Under the pieces are notes generated by a model, which saw only the letters and a program-made list of their open reading frames with translations, was not told the origin of the DNA and made no database searches. 64,000 nucleotides of DNA from contig CAVTRC010000001.1 of NCBI GenBank assembly GCA_963737065.1, positions 1,312,001 to 1,376,000 on the forward strand. Reading direction: 5' to 3'. Position numbers and translations under genes: made by a program. This DNA comes from Candidatus Eremiobacteria bacterium (GTDB lineage: Bacteria; Vulcanimicrobiota; Vulcanimicrobiia; Vulcanimicrobiales; Vulcanimicrobiaceae). Every line of letters starts with the position of its first letter. The first letter of the stretch is position 1. This document shows positions 40,152 to 49,971 of this stretch, piece after piece.

Positions 40152-40246
40152 CGTCGTGTTGTTCTTCTGTGAGGATTAACCGGAATCATCGCTAAGAACA
40201 ATTCGCGTATACTTGCTACATCAATATGTGGTCTAACGGACCAAAC

Positions 40247-41578
40247 GTGAGCGACCGGCACCGCAAGCGGCACGTGGAGCGCCGTATTGCGCGGTACGCT
40301 ATATTGACCGTTGTCGTCATTGCGGCGATTCTCACGGCGTTCTACGAACTGCGCGTGCTTGAGGGCAGCGAGGAACGCGCCGACGCGCTCCGCCTGAAAG
40401 CGAACCTCCTGCTCGCGGCACAGATCAACGAAGAGACCGCGGTGCGCGGATACACCGTAACCGCCGACCGCCGTTTTCTTTCGCCGTATTATGCGGGCAA
40501 AGCCGAACTCGAGCGTTCCGCGGATCAACTGACCTTCTATTTGCGATCGCACCCGCGTGAAGTACACGCGGTGACAGACTTTACGTCGCTTCATCGTACT
40601 TGGGAAAATGCCGTGGCGCAGCCGGTGTTGCGCGATCCCGCCTTGGGTCGTGAGCTTGCACTCGAATTGAACGGCAAGCACCTCATGGATACGATGCGCG
40701 CGCAAATCGCTACGCTGGACGCCCTCGCCGCGCGGGATGAGAGCGCGAACACCCGGCGCACGCATCTCGTGCAATACATCGAGGCGCTCGGGATCGTCGC
40801 CGTTATCGCGATCATCGTCGTCTATTCCCTTATAAACGAACGGCGTTCCGCCGCGGTGCAAGAACAAGCATTTGCAGAAATCGCCGAGACGAGCGCCACG
40901 GCGACCCGCGTCGGGGAGTGGCGGATGAAAATCATAGCGATGCTCGCTCACGATTTCAAATCGGCACTCACCGTGATCTCCGCGTGCGCCGACGTGCTGC
41001 AAGAATTCCCCGAAAAACGCGACGACCCCGGGCCATATCGCGGCATTCATGAATCGGTGGAAGAGCTGTCCGACATGACGGATGAAGCGCTCTTTATGGC
41101 CCGCATTGCGAGCGACGCGTTGAAGATCAAGCGAGAACGCGTTGAACTTGCGCCCGTACTCGAAAGCGTCGCTGCACGATACCGCGCAGTGCATCCGATC
41201 GACGTGCGCGTCAAAGACGAAGCGGTGGAAGGCGATGAAGCGTACTTACTGCGTGCATTCGATAACATCGTCAGCAACGCAACGAAGTATTCGGCGCCGT
41301 TTCAGCCGATCGATATCGAAACGCGGCGCCATGGCAACGAAATCGAAGTCTTGGTTCGCGATCGCGGCCAAGGCATCAACCCGGACGACGTGCCGCACAT
41401 TTTTGAAGAGTACTGGCGCAGTCCGCACGCGGCCGGCGTTGCCGGTGCCGGCGTCGGGCTCTTCATCGTTCGAAAAATCATCGACGCACACGGTGGCTCC
41501 ATCGACACGGTCAGCCGTCCGGGCATTGGGACTACGCTCTACGTCCGTCTTCCGGCGGCAAACGAGCCAGCTAAATAA
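40247..41578 (+). CDS. Membrane sensor histidine kinase with a CHASE3-like domain
   Basis: TM, EETAVRGY...FLSPY, TM, AHDFKSAL H-box, NATKY, DRGQG and GAGVGL; start uncertain. Confidence 0.88.
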   Translation: MSDRHRKRHVERRIARYAILTVVVIAAILTAFYELRVLEGSEERADALRLKANLLLAAQINEETAVRGYTVTADRRFLSPYYAGKAELERSADQLTFYLRSHPREVHAVTDFTSLHRTWENAVAQPVLRDPALGRELALELNGKHLMDTMRAQIATLDALAARDESANTRRTHLVQYIEALGIVAVIAIIVVYSLINERRSAAVQEQAFAEIAETSATATRVGEWRMKIIAMLAHDFKSALTVISACADVLQEFPEKRDDPGPYRGIHESVEELSDMTDEALFMARIASDALKIKRERVELAPVLESVAARYRAVHPIDVRVKDEAVEGDEAYLLRAFDNIVSNATKYSAPFQPIDIETRRHGNEIEVLVRDRGQGINPDDVPHIFEEYWRSPHAAGVAGAGVGLFIVRKIIDAHGGSIDTVSRPGIGTTLYVRLPAANEPAK

Positions 41579-41681
41579 GCGCACGCGTATTACCGCGTGA
41601 AGATATTTCACCGGTGAATGCGCAAACTCGCGTCCGCCGGTCTGCTATCCCGACGTATCGTGTGAACGAGCGCTAAAGAAG

Positions 41682-41710
41682 ATCGGCCGGCAAACGCCTC
41701 GCCGGCCGAT
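41682..41710 (-). terminator. Terminator-like hairpin after the response regulator
   Basis: ATCGGCCGGC-N9-GCCGGCCGAT, followed on the minus strand by CTTCTTT. Confidence 0.55.
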
Positions 41711-41722
41711 GTTGTACTGCGG

Positions 41723-42361
41723 CTACGCGAGCCCCGTGCGAATTGCGTGAACGGCGGCTTGCGAACGCGTCGTCATGTGAAGCTTCGAGAAGATGTGACT
41801 CACGTGATTTTTTACCGTCTTCTCGGAGAGTGCGAGGCGCTTGCCGATGTCGCGATTCGAAAGCCCCTGGGCGATCAAACGGATAATTTCCATCTCGCGC
41901 GGCGAGAGTTCCGCAACGCCGTCTCTGCGCAAAGATGTGCGGCGGCGGAAGTACGTTGCGGCGACGCGCGGATCCACGTAGCTCGTTCCGCGTGCGACGC
42001 TGTGGATCGCGGTCACTAACTCTTGCAGTGAGGAGTCTTTGACGATGTACGCGTCCGCGCCCGCGGACAGGCAATACTGTAGAAGGTCCGGCTGGGGGTG
42101 CATTGAGAGCGCGCAGACGCGCAACGACGGATTGTGCGACCGGAACATTTCAATCGCTTCGTCGAGATCATCGGCATCGTCGATGTCCACCACGACGACG
42201 TCGGCCGCTTCTTTCGACGCGAGAGCCGCTTCGCGGCTCGCCGAAATGCCGACGACTCTTATCTCCGGGTCTGACGAGAGCGCGTGGGCGACGGCTTTTG
42301 CAAAGAGGAGTTGTTTTTCGACGATGTATACGCGGATCGTCGCCTGAACGACGGTAGCCAA
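41723..42361 (-). CDS. NarL/LuxR-family response regulator
   Basis: Receiver domain (VVVDID, AYIVK) and LSPRE...SEKTVKNHVSHI HTH; TTG start with SD GGAGG. Confidence 0.93.
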   Translation of the reverse strand: MATVVQATIRVYIVEKQLLFAKAVAHALSSDPEIRVVGISASREAALASKEAADVVVVDIDDADDLDEAIEMFRSHNPSLRVCALSMHPQPDLLQYCLSAGADAYIVKDSSLQELVTAIHSVARGTSYVDPRVAATYFRRRTSLRRDGVAELSPREMEIIRLIAQGLSNRDIGKRLALSEKTVKNHVSHIFSKLHMTTRSQAAVHAIRTGLA

Positions 42362-42677
42362 GAGTTACTCTCCCTCCAAGCTCAATGGAATCCCCGTGTG
42401 ACCCCAACCCCCCGTACGAGCCCTCGCTCGGATTCCATTGGGAAAACCGCGACGTGGATGGAATGCTGAAATACCGAGTAGGTCGTAAGTCCTTCAGCCG
42501 ATCCGCCCACTACGCGGGATGATTGCAAGAGGCACGTGCTTCAACAGCGCGGCCCCCAGGCGATTAACGTACCGAAACAAGTGTGCGGGTTTTAAGAAGA
42601 TGTGGATAAGGCGTGAATAAAACTCAAGCTTTCTGTGATGGTTTCATTATGGTCGGCAGCGAGCTCCATTCATTCTC

Positions 42678-42850
42678 TCGTGTTCGGCGGTGGCACAAGC
42701 TGTTGAGCCTCGGCTACCTGCCCTGTGGGTAAGTGGCCGAAGGTCGCATGGGACGAACGCGCCAGCCCGTGGGAACAACGGAGTCGCGAGCGCTCCGTGA
42801 GAGTCGCTTCCCAGGGACGTCTGAGACGCGCCCCGAACGACGGGCCGTTC
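42678..42850 (+). ncRNA. Structured 5' leader of pnp (candidate cis-regulatory RNA)
   Basis: Nested stems: 42682-87/42833-38, 42710-23/42727-40, 42770-75/42808-13 and 42778-83/42793-98. Confidence 0.45.
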
Positions 42851-42887
42851 ATTTAAATAAAGCAAACAGAAGAAACTAGGAGTAACT

Positions 42888-45146
42888 GTGCCCGAATCCG
42901 TGACCATTGAGGTCGGCGGGCGCACGATGGTCATTGAAACCGGCGAACTCGCGAAGCAAGCCAACGGCTCCGCGTTAATCCGCTATGGCGACCAGAACGT
43001 CGTGCTCTGCGCCGTCACTGCCTCCGAGAAACCTCGCGAAGGCATCGACTTTTTCCCTCTCACTTGCGATTTCGAAGAGAAGATGTACGCGGCCGGTAAG
43101 ATTCCGGGCGGCTACATCAAGCGCGAAGGCCGCCCGTCGGAACACGCCGTGCTCAGCTCGCGTCAAATCGATCGCCCCATCCGCCCGCTCTTTCCCGAAG
43201 GCTTCCACAACGACGTACAGATCGTCGCGACGGTCCTTTCGATCGACCCGGAACTCGACGCCGACGTACTCGGTGTCTGCGCCGCGGGCGCCGCGCTCGC
43301 GCTCTCGGACATTCCGTTTGATAAGACGGTTGCGGCCGTCCGCGTCGGCCGGGACGAAAGCGGCACGTACGTCTGTAATCCGACTTTGCCGCAATATGAA
43401 ACGGGCGGCATGGACATCGTCATTGCGGGCACGGCTGATGCCGTGATGATGGTTGAAGGCGGTGGTGAAGAGATTTCCGAGGACGATTTCCTCGGTGCCG
43501 TAGAGTTCGCACACAACGAAATCCGCAAGATCGTCAAAGCGATCGATCAGCTCGCAAAAAAGGCCGGAAAAGACAAACGCGACTATCCGATCAAGAAAGT
43601 CAACGCCGATCTTGATAAGTGGGCTCGCAAAAGCTTCGCAAAAGACGTCGCCAAGGCAATGCGCATCGTCGACAAACAAGCGCGCGAAGAGGCTTTCGAC
43701 AAACTTACCGTCGACGAAGCGATCGCGCGGTGCGGAAAAAGAGACGAACAAATCAAAGAGCTTCTCGAAGATCCGAACTTCGCGAAAGATTTCCGCAAGA
43801 TCATCAAGGCGATGGAAGAGGACGAACTGCGCACGATGGTCGTCGACGAGAAGATCCGTCCGGACGGCCGCAAGCCCGACGAAATTCGACCGATTTGGTG
43901 CAAAGTGCACTACGTGCCGCGCGTGCACGGTTCCGGCGTCTTCACACGCGGACAGACGCAAGTTTTCACCGCGGCGACGCTCGGTTCGACGAGCGACGCG
44001 CAACGTCTCGACGGTATCGTCGACATCGGCGACAAGCGCTACATGCACTACTACAATTTTCCGCCGTTCTCGGTTGGTGAGACGCGTCCGATGCGCGGAC
44101 CCGGGCGCCGCGAAATCGGCCACGGCCACCTCGCGGAGCGTGCGCTCGAGCCCGTGCTGCCGGCAAAGGAAGAATTCCCGTACACGCTCCGTTTGATCAG
44201 CGAAGTGCTGGAATCGAACGGCTCCTCGTCGATGGCGTCGGTTTGCGGCTCATCGCTCGCGTTGATGGATGCAGGCGTGCCGATCAAGGAACACGTCGCC
44301 GGTGTTGCGATGGGGTTGATCCTCAAAGGTAAGGACTACACCGTGCTCACCGACATTCAGGGCCTCGAAGACGCCCTCGGTGAAATGGACTTCAAAGTCG
44401 CGGGCACCAAGGAGGGCATCACCGCGATTCAGATGGACATCAAGGTCCAAGGCATCACAATCGACATCATGCGTGAAGCGATGACACGTGCGAAAGAATC
44501 GCGCTACTTCATCATTGATAAGCTCGCTGAAGCGATTTCGGAGCCGCGCGAGTCGCTCTCGAAGTACGCGCCGCGCATGATCGTCATCAAGATCAATCCC
44601 GACAAAATCAAGGACGTCATCGGGCCCGGCGGCAAGGTCATCAACAAGATCATCCAAGAAACCGGCGTCGAGAAGATCGACATCGAGGATGACGGAAGCG
44701 TCTTCATCACTTCGCTCGACGGCGAGAGTGGTGAGAAGGCCAAGCAAATCGTTGAGAACATCACCAAAGACGTCGTCGTCGGCGAGACGTATCTCGGCAC
44801 GGTGACGCGCACGATCGCAATCGGCGCCTTCGTGCAGATTCTGCCGGGCAAAGAAGGCCTCGTCCATATCTCGCAACTCGCGCCCCAACGCGTCGAGAAA
44901 GTCGAAGACGTAGTCAAGCCGGGTGACGAGGTCATGGTTAAAGTGATGGAGATCGACGGCCAAGGCCGCATAAACCTTTCGCGCAAAGCGCTCCTTGCGC
45001 CGGGAAGTGACGACGGCCACGCGCAACGCGGCAACGGTGCGTTCCGTCCGCGCGAACGTGAAGAATCGGCCGCCGCACCGGGAGGCCCGGGCGCACCGCC
45101 AACGCGGCGTCGCCGCCGGCCACCCGGCCGCCACGACGATAGTTGA
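42888..45146 (+). CDS. pnp: Polyribonucleotide nucleotidyltransferase (PNPase)
   Basis: Two RNase PH domains (DFFPLT, RREIGHG, SNGSSSMASVC, DFKVAGT), then KH and S1 domains. Confidence 0.98.
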   Translation: MPESVTIEVGGRTMVIETGELAKQANGSALIRYGDQNVVLCAVTASEKPREGIDFFPLTCDFEEKMYAAGKIPGGYIKREGRPSEHAVLSSRQIDRPIRPLFPEGFHNDVQIVATVLSIDPELDADVLGVCAAGAALALSDIPFDKTVAAVRVGRDESGTYVCNPTLPQYETGGMDIVIAGTADAVMMVEGGGEEISEDDFLGAVEFAHNEIRKIVKAIDQLAKKAGKDKRDYPIKKVNADLDKWARKSFAKDVAKAMRIVDKQAREEAFDKLTVDEAIARCGKRDEQIKELLEDPNFAKDFRKIIKAMEEDELRTMVVDEKIRPDGRKPDEIRPIWCKVHYVPRVHGSGVFTRGQTQVFTAATLGSTSDAQRLDGIVDIGDKRYMHYYNFPPFSVGETRPMRGPGRREIGHGHLAERALEPVLPAKEEFPYTLRLISEVLESNGSSSMASVCGSSLALMDAGVPIKEHVAGVAMGLILKGKDYTVLTDIQGLEDALGEMDFKVAGTKEGITAIQMDIKVQGITIDIMREAMTRAKESRYFIIDKLAEAISEPRESLSKYAPRMIVIKINPDKIKDVIGPGGKVINKIIQETGVEKIDIEDDGSVFITSLDGESGEKAKQIVENITKDVVVGETYLGTVTRTIAIGAFVQILPGKEGLVHISQLAPQRVEKVEDVVKPGDEVMVKVMEIDGQGRINLSRKALLAPGSDDGHAQRGNGAFRPREREESAAAPGGPGAPPTRRRRRPPGRHDDS

Positions 45147-45205
45147 GTTCTCGAAGGAGCACTCGTGCCTGCAGCGGCTTGCGCTAAGAGCAAGCCGCTT
45201 TCTTT

Positions 45206-45618
45206 TTACATCACCGGCGGAGGAAGAAACACACTGAGATTCGCAACCGCAGTCGCGGCGCGAGCGGCCGAGAAAACGTCCACCGCCGTGCGATTTCGGG
45301 AATGCAAGCACGCGGAACGCGATAGAATTCGAACAGACTCCACGCACAACGCCGACAGTCCGATCGCAACTCCGAGAACGACGGATCTTGCCGCACTGAG
45401 CGTTCCGGCGATCGGGCCAAAGACTCTGCGTCCACCTCGCACTATCATGATGATGGAGGCGAGCGAGTAAGCAATAGGATCATTAACGCGCGCGATCCCG
45501 GCACAAGCGCTGCAAACAAAACACCAAAAACACTTGCAATAAGCACCGCAAACGGAATACGCCTGGCTGCGAGCCATTCATCATATGTGCGATCCGAACG
45601 AGCACGATCCGTTGTCAA
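45206..45618 (-). pseudogene. Probable decayed membrane-protein gene
   Basis: TTG 45618 with an SD-like GAGGA opens MTTDRARSDRTYDEWLAARRIPFAVLIASVFGVLFAALV...; hydrophobic sequence continues in another frame (AYSLASIIMIV...SVVLGVAIGLSAL); lower GC. Confidence 0.3.
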
Positions 45619-45676
45619 TGCGGGCTTCCTCGTGCTCTTATTGCGCTGCTCCAGCTGAGACCGATGTTATCATTGT

Positions 45677-46366
45677 GTGATGCAAACGATTGGGTTGCTT
45701 GGAGGCATGAGCTGGGTTTCGACGCAGCTGTATTACCGCGAAATCAATAAGAAAACCGCAGAAGAACTCGGCGGATCGCATTCGGCGAAGCTTCTGCTCT
45801 ACTCGTTCGATTTCCACGAAGTCGAGAATCTACAAACGCGCGGCGATTGGGGCACGGCCGGCCGCGTACTCGGAGAGGCCGCCCAAAAACTGAACGATGC
45901 GGGCGCCGACTTCATCGTCATCGGCGCGAACACGATGCATCTCGTTGCCGAGGACGTTGAGCGTATCGGCGGTCTTCCCGTGCTGCATATCGGCGATGCG
46001 ACCGCCGAAGCGTTGCGCGAGGTGGGAATCAGATGCGCCGCGTTGCTCGGGACACGCTATACGATGGAAAAGCCGTTCTTGCGAGAGCGCTTGGAGCGCG
46101 ACGGTGTCCGCGTGCTCATTCCGAACGATACGGAACGAGCAAGACTTCACCAGATCATTTACTCCGAGTTGATCAAAGACGCCGTCAACGAAGGGTCGAG
46201 GAAAGAAGTCGTCCGCATCATCGAGCGTCTGAACGCCGCGGGCGCGGAGGGTGCCATTCTGGCGTGCACGGAGCTGGAACTTCTCGTGACGGCCGAGTAC
46301 ACCGACATTCCGCTCTTTCGAACCGCGGCGATTCACGCTCGAGCCGCTGCACTTCGAGCAATATGA
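45677..46366 (+). CDS. Aspartate/glutamate racemase family protein (YgeA/RacX-like)
   Basis: IGLLGGMSW.ST..YY, ANTMH, LLGTRYTM and ACTEL motifs. Confidence 0.92.
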   Translation: MMQTIGLLGGMSWVSTQLYYREINKKTAEELGGSHSAKLLLYSFDFHEVENLQTRGDWGTAGRVLGEAAQKLNDAGADFIVIGANTMHLVAEDVERIGGLPVLHIGDATAEALREVGIRCAALLGTRYTMEKPFLRERLERDGVRVLIPNDTERARLHQIIYSELIKDAVNEGSRKEVVRIIERLNAAGAEGAILACTELELLVTAEYTDIPLFRTAAIHARAAALRAI

Positions 46367-46424
46367 CAGCACGTGTCATATTCGGGTGTTAGGCTTGACG
46401 TAGCTTCAGAAGAGAGGAAACGTC

Positions 46425-46790
46425 ATGAGTACTGCAACGACAACGATTATCAAAGGAATCGATATCACGGGATTCCTGGTGAAAGATCCCGCTAAGGCGA
46501 TCGCATTTTATCGCGACGTTCTGGGTATCCAGCCAACCGAGATCGACGAGGACGGCCGCGGCGCCGAGTTTACGCTTGCCGACGGCACGACGTTCGGCGT
46601 GTGGCGCCCCGAAGACGGTGAAACCGGCGGATTCGTCATGTTCGCCGTTGACGACATAAACGCGGCAATCGAGCAATTACGCGGGCGCGGCGTTCAGCTG
46701 CCCGACCCGATGGAAACACCCGTCTGCCACATGACGTTTGCGCAAGACCCGGAAGGCAACGGTTTCATCATTCATCAGCGCAAGAAGTAA
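46425..46790 (+). CDS. VOC/glyoxalase family protein
   Basis: AIAFYRDVLG, FAVDDI and DPEGN motifs. Confidence 0.9.
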   Translation: MSTATTTIIKGIDITGFLVKDPAKAIAFYRDVLGIQPTEIDEDGRGAEFTLADGTTFGVWRPEDGETGGFVMFAVDDINAAIEQLRGRGVQLPDPMETPVCHMTFAQDPEGNGFIIHQRKK

Positions 46791-46804
46791 AGCGCTCAAC
46801 ACAA

Positions 46805-46827
46805 AGGGCTCGCACGAATGCGAGCCC
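46805..46827. terminator. Hairpin after the VOC gene
   Basis: AGGGCTCGCA-cgaa-TGCGAGCCCT perfect stem; no U-tract on the + strand. Confidence 0.4.
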
Positions 46828-46840
46828 TAAAGTATTCGGC

Positions 46841-47314
46841 GTGAGCATCACGTTACAACCCGTGGCCGTCGTGCATTCACCGCGCACCGACCGCACCGAC
46901 GACTACTGGGGTTCCGTTGAATCAACGATCGAATTGGACGAGCGCTTTTCGCCCGAAGCGCTGAGCGGCTTGAGTGAATTCTCCCACATCGAAGTCGTCT
47001 TTCTCTTACACGGCGTCGACGAAAGCGAGATCGAAACCAACGCGCGCCGTCCGCGGAACAACCCACGGTGGCCGAAGCTAGGAATATTTGCACAGCGCGG
47101 CGCTCGCCGCCCGAATCGTCTTGGTGTTTCGCGGTGCACGCTCGTGCGCATCGACGGGCGCACCATGTACGTTCGAGGACTTGACGCCAATGATGCATCG
47201 CCGGTGCTCGATATCAAGCCGTACATACGCGAATTCGCTCCGATCGGTGAGATCCGTCAGCCACGCTGGGCGACGGAAGTCATGGAGGCGTACTATCGCG
47301 TTAAGGAAGTTTAA
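46841..47314 (+). CDS. TrmO/TsaA-like SAM-binding methyltransferase domain protein
   Basis: GIFAQR..RRPNRLG and GLDA...PVLDIKPY motifs. Confidence 0.85.
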   Translation: MSITLQPVAVVHSPRTDRTDDYWGSVESTIELDERFSPEALSGLSEFSHIEVVFLLHGVDESEIETNARRPRNNPRWPKLGIFAQRGARRPNRLGVSRCTLVRIDGRTMYVRGLDANDASPVLDIKPYIREFAPIGEIRQPRWATEVMEAYYRVKEV

Positions 47315-47344
47315 GACCCGGCGCCTTCTCGGTATGTTAGCAAC

Positions 47345-48067
47345 GTGGCAAACCACACCAGGAAGCAGGCGACGCTTTCGATGCGCCTTGGCGCGGAGGT
47401 CGTCGGAACATTTATCCTCACATTCACCGCTGCCGGCGCGGACATCATCGACCAGGTGTATCCACCAGGCATCGGCCACGTCGCGCGCTACGCCGCACCC
47501 GGCATCGCGGTGATGGCAATGATCTGGGCGCTCAGCGGCATATCGGGCGCGCACATCAACCCGGCAATCTCACTCGCATTCTTCTTCCGCCGCGTGTTTT
47601 CTGGTTCGCTCGTGGCGCCTTACATTGCCGCTCAACTCGTCGGCGCAACGATCGCCGCACTCATTCTGCGGGCCATTTTCGCGGGCGATATTTCGCTCGG
47701 AATCACGAAGCCGGTGCAGCCGTTCACCAATCCGCAAGCGTTCGCGATTGAAGTGCTCCTTACCGGAATTCTCGCTTTTACGATTCTCGGCACGGCGGAC
47801 CAGAAGGCGGTCGTCGGTAAAAATGCCGCGCTCGCCGTCGGCGGTATCGTTGCTATGTGCGGGTTCGCGTTCAGTCCGTTGAGCGGTGCGTCGATGAATC
47901 CCGCACGCTCGCTCGGACCGATGATCGCGTCGCTTGATTTTGCGCACGCTTCCATATATATTTTCGCACCGATGATCGGCGCGGCAATTGCTGCCGGTCT
48001 CTGCCGCCTGATCTATGGTGAGCCGAAAGAAGGATCGCGCGAGAGCGCAGAGGGACGAGCCGCATGA
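47345..48067 (+). CDS. MIP-family channel (aquaporin)
   Basis: SGAHINPA and SMNPARS (two NPA motifs). Confidence 0.92.
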   Translation: MANHTRKQATLSMRLGAEVVGTFILTFTAAGADIIDQVYPPGIGHVARYAAPGIAVMAMIWALSGISGAHINPAISLAFFFRRVFSGSLVAPYIAAQLVGATIAALILRAIFAGDISLGITKPVQPFTNPQAFAIEVLLTGILAFTILGTADQKAVVGKNAALAVGGIVAMCGFAFSPLSGASMNPARSLGPMIASLDFAHASIYIFAPMIGAAIAAGLCRLIYGEPKEGSRESAEGRAA

Positions 48068-48630
48068 GCAAACAGCCGGTCAACGCAACGCATTATGAAG
48101 CGATTCCGCCGCGCATCAAAAACGGCGCCCAGGAGCCGCGCGTCAATGCGGTGATCGAAACGCCGAAACACAGTCGTCACAAGTACGCGTTGAACAATGA
48201 ATACGGCATTATCGCGTTTCACGAGCTCATGCCCGATTCAATGGAATGGCCGTACGATTACGGTTTCATTCCCCAGACGCTTGCGCCCGACGGCGATCCA
48301 CTCGATATTCTCGTCATCATCGAAAACGCACTGTTCTCAGGTTGTCTGATCGAAGTTCGCTTGATCGGCGCGGTGCTGGAAAGCAAAGACGGCATCGATA
48401 ACCACCGCGTGCTTGGCGTTCCGCTTCCCAGCCCCGGCGCACCGCTCATGACGGACGATGTGCATGAACCGAATCAGCTTCCGCCGACAATGCTTGATGA
48501 AATCCTCAAATTTCTCAAGTCATACTCGGAGCGACAAGGCCACAAGATCGTGCAGAAGGGTGTCGTCGGCGCGGAAGAGGCGATGAAGCTCATCAAATCG
48601 GCGCGAAAAGCCTATAAGAAAGAGCTATAG
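48064..48630 (+). CDS. ppa: Family I inorganic pyrophosphatase
   Basis: IETPK...KY and YGFIPQT.APDGDPLD motifs. Confidence 0.88.
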   Translation: MSKQPVNATHYEAIPPRIKNGAQEPRVNAVIETPKHSRHKYALNNEYGIIAFHELMPDSMEWPYDYGFIPQTLAPDGDPLDILVIIENALFSGCLIEVRLIGAVLESKDGIDNHRVLGVPLPSPGAPLMTDDVHEPNQLPPTMLDEILKFLKSYSERQGHKIVQKGVVGAEEAMKLIKSARKAYKKEL

Positions 48631-48700
48631 GCCTCTAACGAATGCGCACGCCGAGGGCGGTCTGCTGCGCGCCGTATACGCGCGACGACGAGGCAAACCA

Positions 48701-48862
48701 ATCGACGCGGTCATTGATCCGCGCAACGGCGACGCAGCGGGCACGGGGCTCGGCCTTGCAATCGCGCAATGGGTCGCCCGCGCGCACGAAGGATCGATCG
48801 CGCTCTCCGATCGCACGCCGGGTGCATCCTTCATCGTCGAAATCCCGTTGATGTCCGCGTGA
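48701..48862 (+). pseudogene. Orphan C-terminal fragment of a histidine kinase HATPase domain
   Basis: Translates IDAVIDPRNGDAAGTGLGLAIAQWVARAHEGSIALSDRTPGASFIVEIPLMSA*, containing the G2 box; no start codon or upstream domains. Confidence 0.7.
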
Positions 48863-49314
48863 CCACGTCGATCAGAATCGTTCGTTCCGATGACGAGCGT
48901 CGCGAGCTTACGCGGCTCGTTGCCGAGTACGAATTATCGTTACCACCCGGACTGCGCCACGCCGAGGTTCCTTCGACGGATGGCGCATCGAATGTCGCGC
49001 TCGTCGCGACGGCGGATGGGATCGCTTGCGGCTGCGTATTCGTCGGTCATCACGATGAGGAGACCGCGGTCATTGCGCGCTTGTACGTGCGACCCGCCGC
49101 ACGAGGTCGCGGCGTCGCGCGCACCTTGATGCACCACGCCGCCGATCGCGCACGATCGCGCGGATACCGTCGCATGGTTTTGGATACCGATAAAGAGCAG
49201 CTGCACGCGGCGTACCAACTCTACCGCTCGCTGGGGTTTACGGAGTGCGTACCGTATGGTCCGGTGACATACGGAAATCCCACGTATATGGAACTGCTGC
49301 TCGCGTCGTCCTAA
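48859..49314 (+). CDS. GNAT family N-acetyltransferase
   Basis: RLYVRPAARGRGVA, LDT and LYRSLGF motifs; GTG 48859 overlaps the stop of the HK fragment. Confidence 0.88.
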   Translation: MTTSIRIVRSDDERRELTRLVAEYELSLPPGLRHAEVPSTDGASNVALVATADGIACGCVFVGHHDEETAVIARLYVRPAARGRGVARTLMHHAADRARSRGYRRMVLDTDKEQLHAAYQLYRSLGFTECVPYGPVTYGNPTYMELLLASS

Positions 49315-49374
49315 CGGATACGCGTCACGCCGGCTTACGCGTCTCTATTGACCCTATATGTTGCAATCATCGTG

Positions 49375-49971
49375 ATGATCGACTCCGCTCTGGTCCTCGA
49401 TGGTACGCGTGTTCGCCTGGAGCCGATTGCGCGCCGGCACCTCGGCCATCTACGCGAGAACTGTGCGGATCGCGCCCTGTGGGAATTCGTGTACGGCCGA
49501 AATCCGTTTCTGAGCGATCGCGACACGGAAGAATGGTTTGCCGATGCAACGAAAGGCGATGACCGTCTCGCATTTGCAGTCGTCGATAAGACGACCGGGG
49601 AAGCGATCGGGTCCACGCGATTCGCCGACATTCAACCGCAGCATCGAAAACTCGAAATCGGGTGGACGTTCATCGCCCAACGCTATTGGCGTACGTACGC
49701 GAACACCGAAAGCAAATTTCTCCTCTTACGGTATGCGTTCGAGCGCTGGCACGCGCAGCGCGTGCAATTGAAAGCCGAAGCAATCAACACGCGGTCACGC
49801 AACGCGATCTTGCGCATCGGCGCGACCTACGAAGGCACGCTACGATCGTTCAGGATCAAGGCGGACACCGGCGAAATCCGCGATACTTCGTTCTACAGCA
49901 TCATTGCGCAGGAGTGGCCCGCGGTAAAAGAACGGCTAAGCGCACTTCTTCACGTCGTTCCGCTGGGATAA
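49375..49971 (+). CDS. GNAT family N-acetyltransferase (RimJ/RimL type)
   Basis: GSTRF, LEIGWT, NTESKFLLL.YAFE and EGTLR motifs. Confidence 0.9.
   Translation: MIDSALVLDGTRVRLEPIARRHLGHLRENCADRALWEFVYGRNPFLSDRDTEEWFADATKGDDRLAFAVVDKTTGEAIGSTRFADIQPQHRKLEIGWTFIAQRYWRTYANTESKFLLLRYAFERWHAQRVQLKAEAINTRSRNAILRIGATYEGTLRSFRIKADTGEIRDTSFYSIIAQEWPAVKERLSALLHVVPLG

Noticed and set aside
42650..42850. RNase P, SRP, tmRNA or 6S RNA
   Set aside because: I could not find the diagnostic conserved motifs on either strand.
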